Assembly: GCA_051047955.1 (NCBI GenBank)
Contig: JBPGPT010000025.1
Coordinates: 1-64,000 of the forward strand
Length of the DNA stretch: 64,000 nucleotides
Direction: 5' to 3'
From: Cystobasidiomycetes sp. EMM_F5
Lineage: Eukaryota
The notes under the pieces are model-generated. The model saw nothing but the letters and a program-made list of their open reading frames with translations. It had not been told where the DNA came from and made no database searches. Below, piece by piece: positions 62,942-64,000 of this stretch. A program made the position numbers and the translations under genes. Every line of letters begins with the position of its first letter. Position 1 is the stretch's first letter.

Positions 62942-64000
62942 ATGTCGTCTATCCGAAGGAGATCAACCCAGGGCATCCTGCGCGACCTGCCCGCCAGCAA
63001 CCGAGACGGTAACAACGATAGCAATGGCTTCCTCAGAGTGCCCGGCGACAAGCCAAGGGCGACTACGCAGCGGCCAGTCACTCGTCCACGGCGACGCTTC
63101 CACAGCGACAACGACCAGTCATGGCTGGGCCAGTCGATGCAAAAGCTCAGCAGTATCTTTGGACGGCGGAGGATCAGTCAGCGCGGATGGGCAAAGCTCC
63201 TCTTCTACCTCTTCGTCCTCGTCGCTGCCGTCTGGCTCATCGTCACCCTCGTCGCAGACCCCCCAGACCCCTTCCCCAGCACACTGCCCAATTCAGCAGA
63301 GGCAGTCAAAGAGGCTATCGGTCCGGAGCGCTGGCTGAAGAATCTATCGAAAAGTGCACCGTCTCCCTGCGAGTCTCCTTCATATCGCTTACTTGGACTT
63401 GTCCTTCTCCAGAAGCAAGGGCCAGGCATGCCCAAGTCTTGCAGAGCAAGAAGAGACTGGCAGACATCTACAAATCGATGAATGTATGCGGACCAAACGA
63501 CGTCTTGAGCAAGATTTACGGCAACAGCGCATTGACTAGCACTCGTGCGCACATTGGGTCATCTACTCGGATCCAACGCGTTATCCAAAAAGCTTTTAGC
63601 GGACAACCGCTGTGTAAGCGGATGGAAGTCATGGTGCTTGTGCAGTCATGTAGGCTGACAGTGTTCATGTGTTTGACCCGCCGACTCTCGCAGCCATTGC
63701 GTTCCTGGGCGGCTCAATCTCTGCGTGCCACGGCTTACACGGCGAGGCGGCACATCCTTTGGGCAATCCACTGTCTCCGCAAGGTTTTCCACACCGGATA
63801 TACAGCTGGCTTACGCAAACTTTTCCAAATGAAGACCATACGGTGACCAACGGGGCAGGTGTGTCGTCGAATTTGCCTCTTACTGTGTGTATTTTCGTGT
63901 AGCTGACAGTGTGCTACGCCAATGATGCCAGAACTCAAAACGGATACCACATACTTTGCCTACTGCTCTCATATGCATTTGCCCGACCATGTGGACCTCG
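62942..64000 (+). CDS. CAP64/CAS3-like SGNH-fold protein 2, partial (continues past window end)
   Basis: TM LLFYLFVLVAAVWLIVTLV; KIYGNSALTSTRAHIGSSTRIQRVIQKA; AFLGGSISACHG; HTVTNGA|..TDTTYFAYC..HLPDHVDL. Confidence 0.82.

Noticed and set aside
28101..64000. Bacterial-style EPS operon or recent bacterial HGT block
   Set aside because: Genes are intron-rich, on both strands, have eukaryotic type II topology, and no flippase, polymerase or nucleotide-sugar enzymes are visible.

Overview
Intron-rich eukaryotic DNA, most consistent with a basidiomycete yeast (inferred from short GT..AG introns, CAP64-like, AA14 and Tup1 genes). About 25 protein genes and one intron-containing tRNA-Ala(CGC) can be read. 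All family calls come from motif recognition, not database searches, and exon boundaries are approximate. The left third holds a frameshifted, nearly intronless ZNFX1-type helicase with an RZ finger, Tup1, housekeeping genes and two paralogous small Cys-rich secreted proteins. The main finding spans about 28-64 kb: eight predicted glycosyltransferases (GT8, GT61, GT43, GT32, GT25-like and three paralogs of an unnamed GT-like family), two CAP64-like SGNH proteins, a GH162-like beta-1,2-glucanase and an AA14 LPMO, interleaved with PRI1, a MAPR protein, HEM14 and RLI1. This looks like a candidate capsule/exopolysaccharide gene cluster and runs off the right edge.
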